Below, one piece after another: positions 1 through 8,284 of a DNA stretch of 12,594 nt. The first letter of the stretch is position 1. Every line of letters begins with the position of its first letter. A program made the position numbers and the translations under genes. Source of the DNA: Trueperaceae bacterium (GTDB taxonomy: Bacteria; Deinococcota; Deinococci; Deinococcales; Trueperaceae). Where the stretch lies: NCBI GenBank assembly GCA_040905465.1, contig JBBDRK010000015.1, positions 27,898-40,491 on the forward strand, written 5' to 3'. The notes beneath the pieces were generated by a model that saw only the letters and a list, made by a program, of their open reading frames with translations, did not search any database and had not been told where the DNA came from.

Positions 1-132
1 CGAACCGCCAGACGAACCGCCAGACGAACCGCCGGACGAAGTGCCGGACGCGCTGTCGGCCGTGCTGTTGGCCGTGCTATCGGCCGTGCTATCGGCCGTG
101 CTGTCGATCCGACTCTCGGGCCCGCTGTCGAT
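1..132. repeat. Degenerate 12-bp tandem array, 11 units in register, running off the left window edge
   Basis: Units from base 1: CGAACCGCCAGA x2, CGAACCGCCGGA, CGAAGTGCCGGA, CGCGCTGTCGGC, CGTGCTGTTGGC, CGTGCTATCGGC x2, CGTGCTGTCGAT, CCGACTCTCGGG, CCCGCTGTCGAT. Confidence 0.9.
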
Positions 133-146
133 TACGGGGGTGCGGG

Positions 147-1298
147 TCAGACGACCGCTTCCGAGCGCAGCGACGGCAGAGCGGTCGCTCCCTCGAACGC
201 GTTGACCTCTTCAATGAAGCGCCGGAAGAGGTAGTTCGCGTCGTGCGGCCCCGGACTCGCCTCCGGGTGGTACTGCACGCTGAACACCGGATAGCGAACG
301 TGCGCCATCCCCTCGAGGGTGCCGTCGTTCAGGTTGATGTGGGTCGGCTGGAACTGCTGGCCGGGGATGGAGGCGATATCCACGGCGTAGTTGTGGTTCT
401 GCGAGGTGATCTCCACCTCGCCGGTGATCACGTTCTTCACCGGTGTGTTGGCCCCGTGATGACCGTGCTTGAGCTTGTAGGTACGGCCGCCGACAGCGAG
501 TCCCAACAGCTGATGCCCCATGCAGATTCCGTAGGTCGGCAGCAGCCCCAGCAACTGCCAGACGGTGTCGTGCGCGTAACGGGGACCTCCCGGGTCGCCC
601 GGACCGTTGGAGAGCACCAGGCCGTACGGATCGAGAGCCATTATCTGTGCCGGCGCGGTCTGCGCCGGGACCACGATGACTTCGGCGCCGGCCTGCTCCA
701 GCTTGTAGACGATCGAGTGCTTGATCCCGAAGTCGATGACGACCACCCGCGGATTCTCCTTGAAGGTCGGCCTGGCGTACGGCAGTGGCGTCGTTACCTC
801 AGGCGTCATGTCACGTCCGTCGATGTCTTCGTGAGCCTGCGCTTCCTGCACCAGCACCGCCTCGGCGGCGTCATCGATCTCGCCGTGAGCGATCACGCCC
901 TTCACCACGCCACCGGAACGCAGCCGCCTGGTGAGCGCGCGGGTATCGATGCCTTCGATCCCCACGATCTGGTGTTGTTCCATGAAGCTCTGCAGGTCCT
1001 GGTTGGATCGGTGATTCGACGACACCCGGCTGAACTCTCGGACGATGAAGCCGCGCGCGAATGGCTTGTTCGACTCCATGTCGTAGACGCTCACCCCGTA
1101 GTTGCCGATGTGCGGGTAGGTCATGGTGACGATCTGACCGTGGTAACTGGGGTCCGTGAGGATCTCCTGGTAACCGGTCATGGAGGTGTTGAACACGACC
1201 TCGCCAACCGTCTTGCCGGTATGGCCGAAAGCGTAGCCGTAATAGACGGTTCCGTCTTCCAGGGCAAGCACTGCACGCGGTTTTCTCAGGAGGGACAC
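147..1298 (-). CDS. carA: Carbamoyl-phosphate synthase small (glutaminase) subunit
   Basis: Motifs [40 protein letters not shown], catalytic GICMGHQ, SQNHNY and [12 protein letters not shown]. Start moved from 1319 to the GTG at 1298, which has an SD-like GGTGAT upstream; the GTG at 1319 overlaps a likely -10 box. Confidence 0.97.
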   Translation of the reverse strand: MSLLRKPRAVLALEDGTVYYGYAFGHTGKTVGEVVFNTSMTGYQEILTDPSYHGQIVTMTYPHIGNYGVSVYDMESNKPFARGFIVREFSRVSSNHRSNQDLQSFMEQHQIVGIEGIDTRALTRRLRSGGVVKGVIAHGEIDDAAEAVLVQEAQAHEDIDGRDMTPEVTTPLPYARPTFKENPRVVVIDFGIKHSIVYKLEQAGAEVIVVPAQTAPAQIMALDPYGLVLSNGPGDPGGPRYAHDTVWQLLGLLPTYGICMGHQLLGLAVGGRTYKLKHGHHGANTPVKNVITGEVEITSQNHNYAVDIASIPGQQFQPTHINLNDGTLEGMAHVRYPVFSVQYHPEASPGPHDANYLFRRFIEEVNAFEGATALPSLRSEAVV

Positions 1299-1317
1299 TA
1301 CTTCATCACCGGCTGAC

Positions 1318-1326
1318 ACTCTAGCA
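1318..1326 (-). promoter_or_regulatory. Putative extended -10 promoter of carA (TGc-TAGAGT)
   Basis: Minus strand reads ggTGcTAGAGTgtcagccggtgatgaagtaGTG, matching TGnTAnnnT. No good -35. Confidence 0.5.
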
Positions 1327-1360
1327 CCCGCGCGAATGCGGCGCGTGTCGGCGGCGACGC

Positions 1361-1381
1361 GCCGTACCGGCCGGGTACGGC
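1361..1381 (-). other. Stem-loop directly after the glmU stop
   Basis: GCCGTACC-ggccg-GGTACGGC, a perfect 8-bp stem. No U-tract follows, so it is not called a terminator. Confidence 0.45.
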
Positions 1382-2373
1382 TAGTCTGCAGCAGCGTCCC
1401 TGCCGCAGCGCAGGGTGTGGGGCGCGATCACCTCACCGGGCCCGATCACTACGTCTTCCAGCACCGAGTAGGCACCGACGGTGACCCCTTCGGCGAGCCG
1501 CACTGTGCCGCGCAACACCACTCCCGGCTCGAGCACGACGTCGCGCGCCAACTCGACGGTATCGTCGATGAACGTCTGCTCCGGCGCCAGCATCGTCACG
1601 CCTTCGGCAAGCCAGCGCCGCCGTATCCGATCGCGCAGGATGCGCTCGGCGCTGGCGAGCTGCGCCCGGTCGTTGACACCGACAAGCAGCCCGGTCTCGT
1701 CCTGACCGACCACGATGTTGGTCGACAGGCCCGCCTCCAGGTAGAGTCCCGGCAGGTCGGTTACGTAGTACTCGCCCTGAGCGTTGTCGTTCGTCAACCG
1801 CTTGGCGAGCTCGACGACATGCGAGTCGAAGATGAACAGACCCGGATTGATCTCGTTGATGTCACGCTCGGCCTCGCTGGCGTCTTTCTCCTCGACGATC
1901 CTCAGCATCCTGCCACTCTCGTCGCGAACAACCCTACCGAGACCGGCCGGATCCTCGACCAGGTACGAGAGCAGCGTCATCCCCGCGCCGCTCTGCCGGT
2001 GCCCTTGCCGGAGCGCTGCCAGCGTCTCGGTCGTGAGCAACGGCGAGTCGCCCGTGAGCACCATGATGTCACCGTCGTATCCGGCCAGTGCCGGGAGAGC
2101 GGCCCGCAGGGCGTCACCGGTGCCGAGCTGCCGCTCCTGCACGACGAACGAGACGCCCGCGCCAGCGAAGCGCTCCCGCAACCGCTCGGCTCGGTGACCC
2201 ACAACCACCAGCGTGCGCACCGGTTCGAGCGGGCGGACCGCCCGCAGAACGTGTTCGAGCAACGGGCGCCCGGCGGCGGGGTGCAACATCTTCGGCAGCG
2301 ACGACTTCATGCGGGTGCCGTGACCCGCCGCCAGGATCACGACGGCGAAACCGCTGCCCGACTCCACCGTCAT
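1381..2373 (-). CDS. glmU: GlmU-family sugar-phosphate nucleotidyltransferase, 330 aa, lacking the C-terminal acetyltransferase part
   Basis: [44 protein letters not shown] and GVNDRAQLA, then only the first few hexapeptide repeats. The ATG at 2373 overlaps the lgt stop (ATGA). Confidence 0.9.
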   Translation of the reverse strand: MTVESGSGFAVVILAAGHGTRMKSSLPKMLHPAAGRPLLEHVLRAVRPLEPVRTLVVVGHRAERLRERFAGAGVSFVVQERQLGTGDALRAALPALAGYDGDIMVLTGDSPLLTTETLAALRQGHRQSGAGMTLLSYLVEDPAGLGRVVRDESGRMLRIVEEKDASEAERDINEINPGLFIFDSHVVELAKRLTNDNAQGEYYVTDLPGLYLEAGLSTNIVVGQDETGLLVGVNDRAQLASAERILRDRIRRRWLAEGVTMLAPEQTFIDDTVELARDVVLEPGVVLRGTVRLAEGVTVGAYSVLEDVVIGPGEVIAPHTLRCGRDAAAD

Positions 2374-3284
2374 CTTCCGCGTGCGCGCATCGACAGGCGC
2401 TCGCGCTTGTCGGCGGAATCCGGGTCCATCGTGAACAGCAGGTAGATCGCCACGAGGACTATCGGGATGCTCACGAGCTGCGTGAGCGTAAATGCGCCGA
2501 TCCCGGCGCTCTCGTTGAGGAATACCGGCCAGAACAGGGGATTGTCGCGAAACGGCTCCTCGGCGAGCGACCGGAGGACCGAGTACCACAGCACGAACTG
2601 CCAGAAAGCGAATCCAGGGGCCTTGGTGCGGCGCAACGCCCAGAGCACTACGCCGATGAGGATCACTCCGATGAGCGCCCCGTACAGCGGCGTCAGGTGC
2701 ACGACACAGGGTTGACCGGCCGGTAGCGTGGAGCAAACCGGCGGCGCGTACAGCCACAACGGCTCGCCGAAGACCAGCCGCCCGAAGGCTCCGAACGTGG
2801 CAGTTCCCGCCTCCGGCCATGCGAATCCTATCGGCCAATCGGTCAGCCGACCACCGGTGTCGCTGCCGTTCATGAAGTTGCCGATGCGGCCGCCGATGAT
2901 CCCGAACGCCCCCACCGGCGTCAATACGTCGAGGGCAGACCACATGTTCATCTTGCGGACCCGGGCGTATATCCACAGGGCGATGACGATTCCGAGAATC
3001 CCGCCGTGGATGCTTATGCCGCCCTGCCACACCTTGAAGGCGTCGAGCGGACTGCCGGCGGGACCGAAAAACGCCGACGGACTGGTGATTACGTAGAGCA
3101 GGCGCGCGCCGACGATCCCGGCCAGCACCAGCAGGGGCGCAGCGTCGAGGAGCTTGTCCGCATCGACGCCACGCTTCGGAGCGAGACGCGTGGCCCAGAG
3201 TGAACCGAAGAGTACGCCGGCAGCGATAAGGAAACCGTACCAGCGAATGGCTATCGGACCTATTTGCAGCATGATGGGATCCAT
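2370..3284 (-). CDS. lgt: Prolipoprotein diacylglyceryl transferase
   Basis: MDPI..IGPIAIRWYG, GIVGARLLYV, WQGGISIHGG, GRIGNFMNG; multiple hydrophobic segments; SD GGAGGAAGG upstream. Confidence 0.96.
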   Translation of the reverse strand: MDPIMLQIGPIAIRWYGFLIAAGVLFGSLWATRLAPKRGVDADKLLDAAPLLVLAGIVGARLLYVITSPSAFFGPAGSPLDAFKVWQGGISIHGGILGIVIALWIYARVRKMNMWSALDVLTPVGAFGIIGGRIGNFMNGSDTGGRLTDWPIGFAWPEAGTATFGAFGRLVFGEPLWLYAPPVCSTLPAGQPCVVHLTPLYGALIGVILIGVVLWALRRTKAPGFAFWQFVLWYSVLRSLAEEPFRDNPLFWPVFLNESAGIGAFTLTQLVSIPIVLVAIYLLFTMDPDSADKRERLSMRARGR

Positions 3285-3348
3285 TGATGAAACCTTCCTC
3301 CGAGTGGCCGCTGGCGAAAAGCCGAGGAACCAGCGACTCGACTCGACA

Positions 3349-3354
3349 AGTATA
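3349..3354 (-). promoter_or_regulatory. Putative -10 box (TATACT) of an internal promoter for lgt-glmU
   Basis: TATACT on the minus strand in the 90-bp gap between DUF456 and lgt, about 65 nt above the lgt ATG. Confidence 0.45.
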
Positions 3355-3374
3355 GAGTCCGCATCGGTGGCGGG

Positions 3375-3863
3375 CTACCACAGGCGCGGAAGAACCACCA
3401 CCGCGATGGCGACCATGATCACGAGCTTTGCCGCCGCGCCGCCCAGGGTACCGACGAACGCCCCGACCCCGGCGCGCACGGCCTCGTTGAGGGCTCGCCC
3501 GCCCAGCAGTTCGAACAGGATCGCTCCTACCAGCGCGCCTACCAGGAAGCCGAACGGCGGGAAGAGGATCAGCCCGGCCAGCGAGCCGAGAATCCCTCCC
3601 CACAGTCCCGGCCGGCGCGCCCCGTAATAGCGCGCGCCCAGCCATGACGAACCGACTTCGATCAGTTGGGCGAGAACGGCCAGACCGGCGACCGCCAGCA
3701 GTGGAGTCAGTGACAGTCGCTCGAATCCGGTCATCCAGCCGGCCAGGAGCGCACCCAGCGCAGCTACCGGTACGCCCGGCACCACCGGCAGGACTATCCC
3801 GGCCAGGGCGATCAGGTAGAGGAGTACGAAGACCAGCAGGGCCAGCAGTTCCACGAAGGCCAT
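3375..3863 (-). CDS. DUF456 (YqgC-like) membrane protein, 162 aa
   Basis: GIVLPVVPG, GARYYGA, GGILG, PPFGFLVGALVGAILFE and G..AKL pattern; very hydrophobic. The ATG at 3863 lies 1 nt after the stop of the upstream gene. Confidence 0.85.
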   Translation of the reverse strand: MAFVELLALLVFVLLYLIALAGIVLPVVPGVPVAALGALLAGWMTGFERLSLTPLLAVAGLAVLAQLIEVGSSWLGARYYGARRPGLWGGILGSLAGLILFPPFGFLVGALVGAILFELLGGRALNEAVRAGVGAFVGTLGGAAAKLVIMVAIAVVVLPRLW

Positions 3864-3864
3864 C

Positions 3865-4332
3865 CTAGCCGCATATCGATCGCACGGCCGAGACCAGTAG
3901 CCCGGAAACGGCGGTAAGTACCACGTGAACGCTGCGCGGCTCATCCGGCAGATTCACCACCAAGGTGCCGCGCCGTACGCCGGCGGCCGTGCGCCAAAGT
4001 CCGGCGGAGGGATCCACGGTGGCGCCTGCCGCCCGGAGCGCCTCGGGAATCCCCGGGAACTGGCGCTCGACGACCTCCAGAGTGGCGTCCGGCGTTCGGT
4101 GGCGAATGGCGGCGCCGATTCCACCCAGCGTTAGCACCAGGTCCGCCGAGCCGTCATCGGCCCACAGCCGAAGCCGGGCGCGCACAATAGCCTGCTCGTC
4201 GGGCACCTGCTGGTAATCGACCTCGATGTACGGCCCCGTCGCGAGGATCTCGCGAACCGCGGCAACGGCGGCGTCCCCGGTGCCGACAGCGGCGGTACTG
4301 TCCTGCACGCTCAATACGGCGGTGCGAATCAT
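3865..4332 (-). CDS. MogA/MoaB-family molybdopterin-binding domain protein with degenerate motifs, 155 aa
   Basis: AVLSVQD, VPDE, DLVLTLGGIG...RHRTPDAT, PGIPEALR and AGVRRGTLVVNLP align with MogA/MoaB family motifs. Start placed at the ATG at 4332 (MIRTAVL). Confidence 0.85.
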   Translation of the reverse strand: MIRTAVLSVQDSTAAVGTGDAAVAAVREILATGPYIEVDYQQVPDEQAIVRARLRLWADDGSADLVLTLGGIGAAIRHRTPDATLEVVERQFPGIPEALRAAGATVDPSAGLWRTAAGVRRGTLVVNLPDEPRSVHVVLTAVSGLLVSAVRSICG

Positions 4333-4337
4333 GCCCG

Positions 4338-4367
4338 ATGGTACGTTGGCGCGCCCGGGCACGGCAA
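4338..4367 (-). promoter_or_regulatory. Putative sigma70-type promoter giving a leaderless transcript of the mog-like operon
   Basis: Minus strand TTGCCG-N18-TACCAT-N5-ATG, with no SD before the ATG. Confidence 0.6.
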
Positions 4368-4455
4368 CTACAACGGTGGCGCGCATAACGATGACGCGAT
4401 AGGCTAGGGCGTTTGGCATTTTACGCTCAAAGCGATTGTGGTCGGAGGTCATTCG

Positions 4456-5679
4456 TTGAAGATCCACGAGTTCCAGGCGAAACAACTCATGCGGCAACGC
4501 GGCATCGCAGTGCCGGAAGGCCGAGTCGCCACGTCAGTCGATGAGGCGGGCGAAGCGGTAGCGCCGCTGCAGGAAGCTACCGGCAATCCGGTCGTGGTGG
4601 TGAAATCACAGATTCACGCAGGCGGCCGCGGCAAGGGCCGTTTCGACGAGCATCCCGACCTCGGGGGGGTGAACGTGGTGACCGCCGGCCTCGCGGGAGG
4701 CGCCGAGGCAAGCGAGAAGCGCGTTCGCGAGCTCGCCGGGCAGATGCTCGGCTCGACGCTGGTGACGGTCCAGACAGGCCCGGAAGGCAAGCAGGTGACC
4801 CGGCTGCTGATCGAACAGGGCATCGACATCGAACGCGAGCTCTACCTGTCGGTGGTGCTCGACCGGGCCCAGGGTCGCAACGTGGTGATGGCCTCGACGG
4901 AAGGCGGAATGGAGATCGAGGAGGTTGCGGCCGAAAGCCCGGAGAAGATCCTGCGGGAAGCGATCGATCCCGCGGTAGGGCTACTGCCTTTCCAGGCGCA
5001 CGCGCTCGCCTGGCACCTCGGCCTCCGAGGAGACGCTTACAGGAACGGCAAACGCTTCATCGCGTCGCTGGTAAAGGAAGCCGACGAGTGGGACACCGAG
5101 CTGCTCGAGATCAACCCGCTGGTCGTGACCACCAGCGGCGAGGTGATGGCGCTGGACGGCAAGATGAGCATCGACAACAACGCCCTGTTCCGCCACAAGG
5201 AGATCGCCGCCATGCGCGACGAGAGCGAGGAGGACCCGGCAGAAGTCGAGGCAGGTAAATACGATCTCGCGTTCATCAAACTCGACGGCACCATCGGCTG
5301 CCTGGTCAACGGGGCCGGGCTGGCGATGGCTACGATGGACACCATCAAGCAAGTTGGCGGCGAACCCGCCAACTTCCTCGACGTCGGCGGCAGCGCCACG
5401 ACCGAGAACGTTTCGGCAGCGTTCCAGATCATCACCAGCGACCCAAGCGTGCGCGGGATTTTCGTCAACATTTTCGGCGGCATCATGCGCTGTGACGTGA
5501 TCGCCGAGGGAATTGCAGAGGCGGTGCGAACCGTCGGACTGGAAGTCCCGCTGGTGGTTCGCCTCGAGGGCACGAACGTCGCGCTCGGCAAGCGAATCCT
5601 CGAGCAGTCGGGGCTCAACCTCGTTTCCGCCGACAGCATGATCGACGGTGCCCGGAAGATCGTGGAGTTGGCCCGATGA
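4456..5679 (+). CDS. sucC: Succinate--CoA ligase beta subunit
   Basis: [83 protein letters not shown] start at 4456 with SD GGAGG at 4444-4448. Confidence 0.97.
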   Translation: MKIHEFQAKQLMRQRGIAVPEGRVATSVDEAGEAVAPLQEATGNPVVVVKSQIHAGGRGKGRFDEHPDLGGVNVVTAGLAGGAEASEKRVRELAGQMLGSTLVTVQTGPEGKQVTRLLIEQGIDIERELYLSVVLDRAQGRNVVMASTEGGMEIEEVAAESPEKILREAIDPAVGLLPFQAHALAWHLGLRGDAYRNGKRFIASLVKEADEWDTELLEINPLVVTTSGEVMALDGKMSIDNNALFRHKEIAAMRDESEEDPAEVEAGKYDLAFIKLDGTIGCLVNGAGLAMATMDTIKQVGGEPANFLDVGGSATTENVSAAFQIITSDPSVRGIFVNIFGGIMRCDVIAEGIAEAVRTVGLEVPLVVRLEGTNVALGKRILEQSGLNLVSADSMIDGARKIVELAR

Positions 5680-6614
5680 GCATTCTGGTGGGCAAGGACA
5701 CCAGGCTGCTGGTACAGGGCATCGGCGGTGCCGGCCGCTTTCACGCCGAGCGATCGATAGCCTACGGCACCAACGTGGTCGCCGCTGTGCATCCCACTCG
5801 GGCCGGCGAAGCCGAGCTCTTCGAAGGCGAAACCGACCATAGCGGCGTTCCCGGACGCGCGGACCACTATCAAATCGAGGTTCCGATCCACCCCACCGTC
5901 AAGGGCGCCGTTCGGGCCACCGGCGCCAACGCCTCGGTGATCTTCGTTCCCGCGCCGTTCGCCGCCGACGCGATCATGGAGGGCGTCGACGCCGGGCTCG
6001 AGCTGGTCATCTGCATCACCGAGGGCATCCCGGTGGGGGACATGGTTCGAGTCAAACGCTACCTGCAGGGCCGCTCGACCCGGCTAATCGGGCCCAACTG
6101 CCCCGGCGTGATCACTCCCGGCGAGTGCCGGATCGGGATCATGCCCGGTTACATCCACCGGCGCGGCCGCATAGGCGTGGTCAGCCGCTCCGGTACGCTC
6201 ACCTACGAAGCGGTGCACCAGCTCACCCAGAACGGCCTCGGCCAGAGCACGGCCGTCGGCATCGGCGGCGACCCCGTCAACGGCACCGACTTCGTCGACG
6301 TGCTGCGGCTCTTTGCCGACGATCCCGAAACCGAAGGGGTGATACTCATCGGCGAGATCGGCGGCAGCGCCGAGGAAGACGCCGCGGCGTTCATCGCCTC
6401 TGGCCTGGGCAAACCGGCTGCGGCCTTCATCGCCGGCACCACCGCCCCTGCCGGAAAACGCATGGGCCACGCCGGCGCGATCATCTCCGGTGGCCAGGGT
6501 ACCGCCGCCGACAAGATCGCCGCGTTGCGGGAGGCCGGCGTCGAGATCGCCGAAAGCCCGTCGGACATGGGCAGCGCCATGCAGAGCGCGATGAAGCGAG
6601 CCGGCAAGGGCTGA
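5676..6614 (+). CDS. sucD: Succinate--CoA ligase alpha subunit
   Basis: [41 protein letters not shown] and the phospho-His motif [13 protein letters not shown] overlap with sucC. Confidence 0.97.
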   Translation: MSILVGKDTRLLVQGIGGAGRFHAERSIAYGTNVVAAVHPTRAGEAELFEGETDHSGVPGRADHYQIEVPIHPTVKGAVRATGANASVIFVPAPFAADAIMEGVDAGLELVICITEGIPVGDMVRVKRYLQGRSTRLIGPNCPGVITPGECRIGIMPGYIHRRGRIGVVSRSGTLTYEAVHQLTQNGLGQSTAVGIGGDPVNGTDFVDVLRLFADDPETEGVILIGEIGGSAEEDAAAFIASGLGKPAAAFIAGTTAPAGKRMGHAGAIISGGQGTAADKIAALREAGVEIAESPSDMGSAMQSAMKRAGKG

Positions 6615-6673
6615 GCGCAGGTCGCTGAGCCAGTCTCGGCGCGGGTGGGGCGGACAGGAGTGGTGGAGCGGGC

Positions 6674-7255
6674 ATGAAATCCTTGCGCGAGCGCATCTTG
6701 CGGGAAGGCAAAGTCCTGCCCGGCGGCATCCTCAAGGTGGACGGGTTCCTGAATCACCAGCTCGATCCGGAACTGACCATGGAGCTCGGACTGAACTTCC
6801 GCAGCCGACTCGATGCCGCCGGCGTCACCGGCGTAACCCGAATTCTCACCGCTGAGGTTTCCGGCATCGCGCCGGCATTGGCGGCGGCCGTCGCCTACGG
6901 CGTGCCGATGGTCTACGCCCGCAAGAAGCGTCCGGTAACGATGTCGACCGGGGTTCTCGAGGCGGTTGCGCCGTCTCACACCAAGGGCGGCACTGCCCGG
7001 CTGCTGATATCACCCGAGTACCTGGGGGCGGGCGAGAGAGTGCTCCTGATAGACGACTTCCTGGCCAGCGGCAAGACCGTTCTCGCCCTGGCCGGACTGA
7101 TCGAGCGGGCCGGCGCCACCCTGCTCGGCGCCGGATTCGTGATCGAGAAGTCGTTCGAGGGCGGGCGCCACCTGCTGGCGTCCCTGAAGGTGCCGATCGT
7201 GTCGTTGGCGGTGGTGAGCGCCTTGAGCGAGGACGGCATCGAGCTTGCGGAATGA
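6674..7255 (+). CDS. xpt: Xanthine phosphoribosyltransferase (Bacillus Xpt type)
   Basis: ILKVDGFLNHQLDP, TAEVSGIAPA, YARKK, PRPP-binding LIDDFLASG, IEKSFEGGR. Confidence 0.93.
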   Translation: MKSLRERILREGKVLPGGILKVDGFLNHQLDPELTMELGLNFRSRLDAAGVTGVTRILTAEVSGIAPALAAAVAYGVPMVYARKKRPVTMSTGVLEAVAPSHTKGGTARLLISPEYLGAGERVLLIDDFLASGKTVLALAGLIERAGATLLGAGFVIEKSFEGGRHLLASLKVPIVSLAVVSALSEDGIELAE

Positions 7256-8220
7256 GCCGCGGAAGATTTGCGCCCAGCCCAACCGGCAGCCTGCACCTGG
7301 GTAACGCCCGGACGGCGCTCGTTGCCTGGCTGCGCGCCCGCACCGCCGGCTCGTCCTTCGTGATGCGGGTAGAGGATCTCGATGAGCCGCGTACTGTTCC
7401 GGAGGCGGTAACCGGTAACCTGGATGAGCTTCGCTGGCTGGGACTCGACTGGGACGAGGGTCCGGATATCGGCGGACCCTACGCTCCCTACCAGCAGTCG
7501 CAGCGGCACGACCTCTACGCACAGGCCCTGCCGCGGTTGCAGGAGCACGGCCGGGTGTTCGAGTGCTTCCTGTCGCGTCGTGAACTGCGCGAGCTCTCCT
7601 CCGCCCCACACGGAGCCGGGCCGGTCTACGGCGAGCGGGAGCGACAGAAGAACGAACGGGTGGCGGAGCGAAAACGGACGGAGGGAAAGGTGCCTTCGCT
7701 GCGGTTGCGAGTCGCGCCGGGGCAGGTCGGCTTCGACGACCTGCTTCTTGGCCGGCAACTCTTCGACGCCGAGCACGACGTGGGCGACATAGTGCTACGG
7801 CGGGCCGATCACGCCTGGGCCTATCAGTTCGCGGTGGTGGTGGATGACGCGGCGATGGACATCCGTGAGGTGGTGCGCGGCGCCGATCTGCTCCCTTCGA
7901 CCGCGGCGCAGCTTCTGATCTACCGCTCCCTGGGGTTGGAAGCGCCCGCGTTCCTGCACGTTCCGCTCCTGCTGGACCGAGACGGCGAGAGGATGGCCAA
8001 GCGGCGCGGGTCGCTTACGCTCGCGGCCCTGCGAGACAATGGGGTCGATCGGCGCCGGGTAGTGGGCCTGCTCGCCTACACGCTCGGAATGCTGCCGGAG
8101 CCCGAGGTGCTGGAGCCTACCGATCTGCTGGCGTTCGGCCGTCCTGCGGACGGCCCGGAACGGTTTCGGCGCCACGACTTCCGGCTCGAGCCGCAGGACC
8201 TCGCCTGGCTGGCGCGGTGA
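7252..8220 (+). CDS. gluQ: tRNA glutamyl-Q(34) synthetase (GluRS paralogue without anticodon-binding domain)
   Basis: GRFAPSPTGSLHLGN, RVEDLD, WLGLDWDEGP, YQFAVVVDD, RGADLL and RMAKR; only 322 aa. ATGA overlap with xpt. Confidence 0.92.
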   Translation: MSRGRFAPSPTGSLHLGNARTALVAWLRARTAGSSFVMRVEDLDEPRTVPEAVTGNLDELRWLGLDWDEGPDIGGPYAPYQQSQRHDLYAQALPRLQEHGRVFECFLSRRELRELSSAPHGAGPVYGERERQKNERVAERKRTEGKVPSLRLRVAPGQVGFDDLLLGRQLFDAEHDVGDIVLRRADHAWAYQFAVVVDDAAMDIREVVRGADLLPSTAAQLLIYRSLGLEAPAFLHVPLLLDRDGERMAKRRGSLTLAALRDNGVDRRRVVGLLAYTLGMLPEPEVLEPTDLLAFGRPADGPERFRRHDFRLEPQDLAWLAR

Positions 8221-8249
8221 ACGACGCCGCGCCGATGCCCCGGCCAGGT

Positions 8250-8278
8250 TTCGCAATCCAGGCGGCGTGCACCATAAT
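8250..8278 (+). promoter_or_regulatory. Putative promoter for a leaderless mcd transcript
   Basis: TTCGCA(8250-8255)-N17-CATAAT(8273-8278)-N6-ATG(8285). Confidence 0.6.
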
Positions 8279-8284
8279 GGAAAG

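Noticed and set aside
243-2445. Long plus-strand ORFs 243..1316 and 1336..2445
   Set aside because: Antisense shadows of carA and glmU, typical of high-GC DNA, with no recognisable motifs.
1381-3645. 754-aa ORF suggesting a large N-terminal fusion to GlmU
   Set aside because: The upstream ~420 aa are Arg/Gly/Ala-rich off-frame translation across lgt and DUF456. The real start is the ATGA-coupled ATG at 2373.
4663-4669. G7 tract in sucC as a phase-variation site
   Set aside because: It is short, in frame, and explained by conserved Gly-Gly-Val codons.
6615-6673. Purine riboswitch or terminator upstream of xpt
   Set aside because: The 59-nt gap holds one small hairpin (CGCTGAG/CTCGGCG), no purine-aptamer core and no U-tract.
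7252-8220. Truncated gltX pseudogene
   Set aside because: Length and motifs (YQFAVVVDD, RGADLL, MAKR) fit an intact GluQ.
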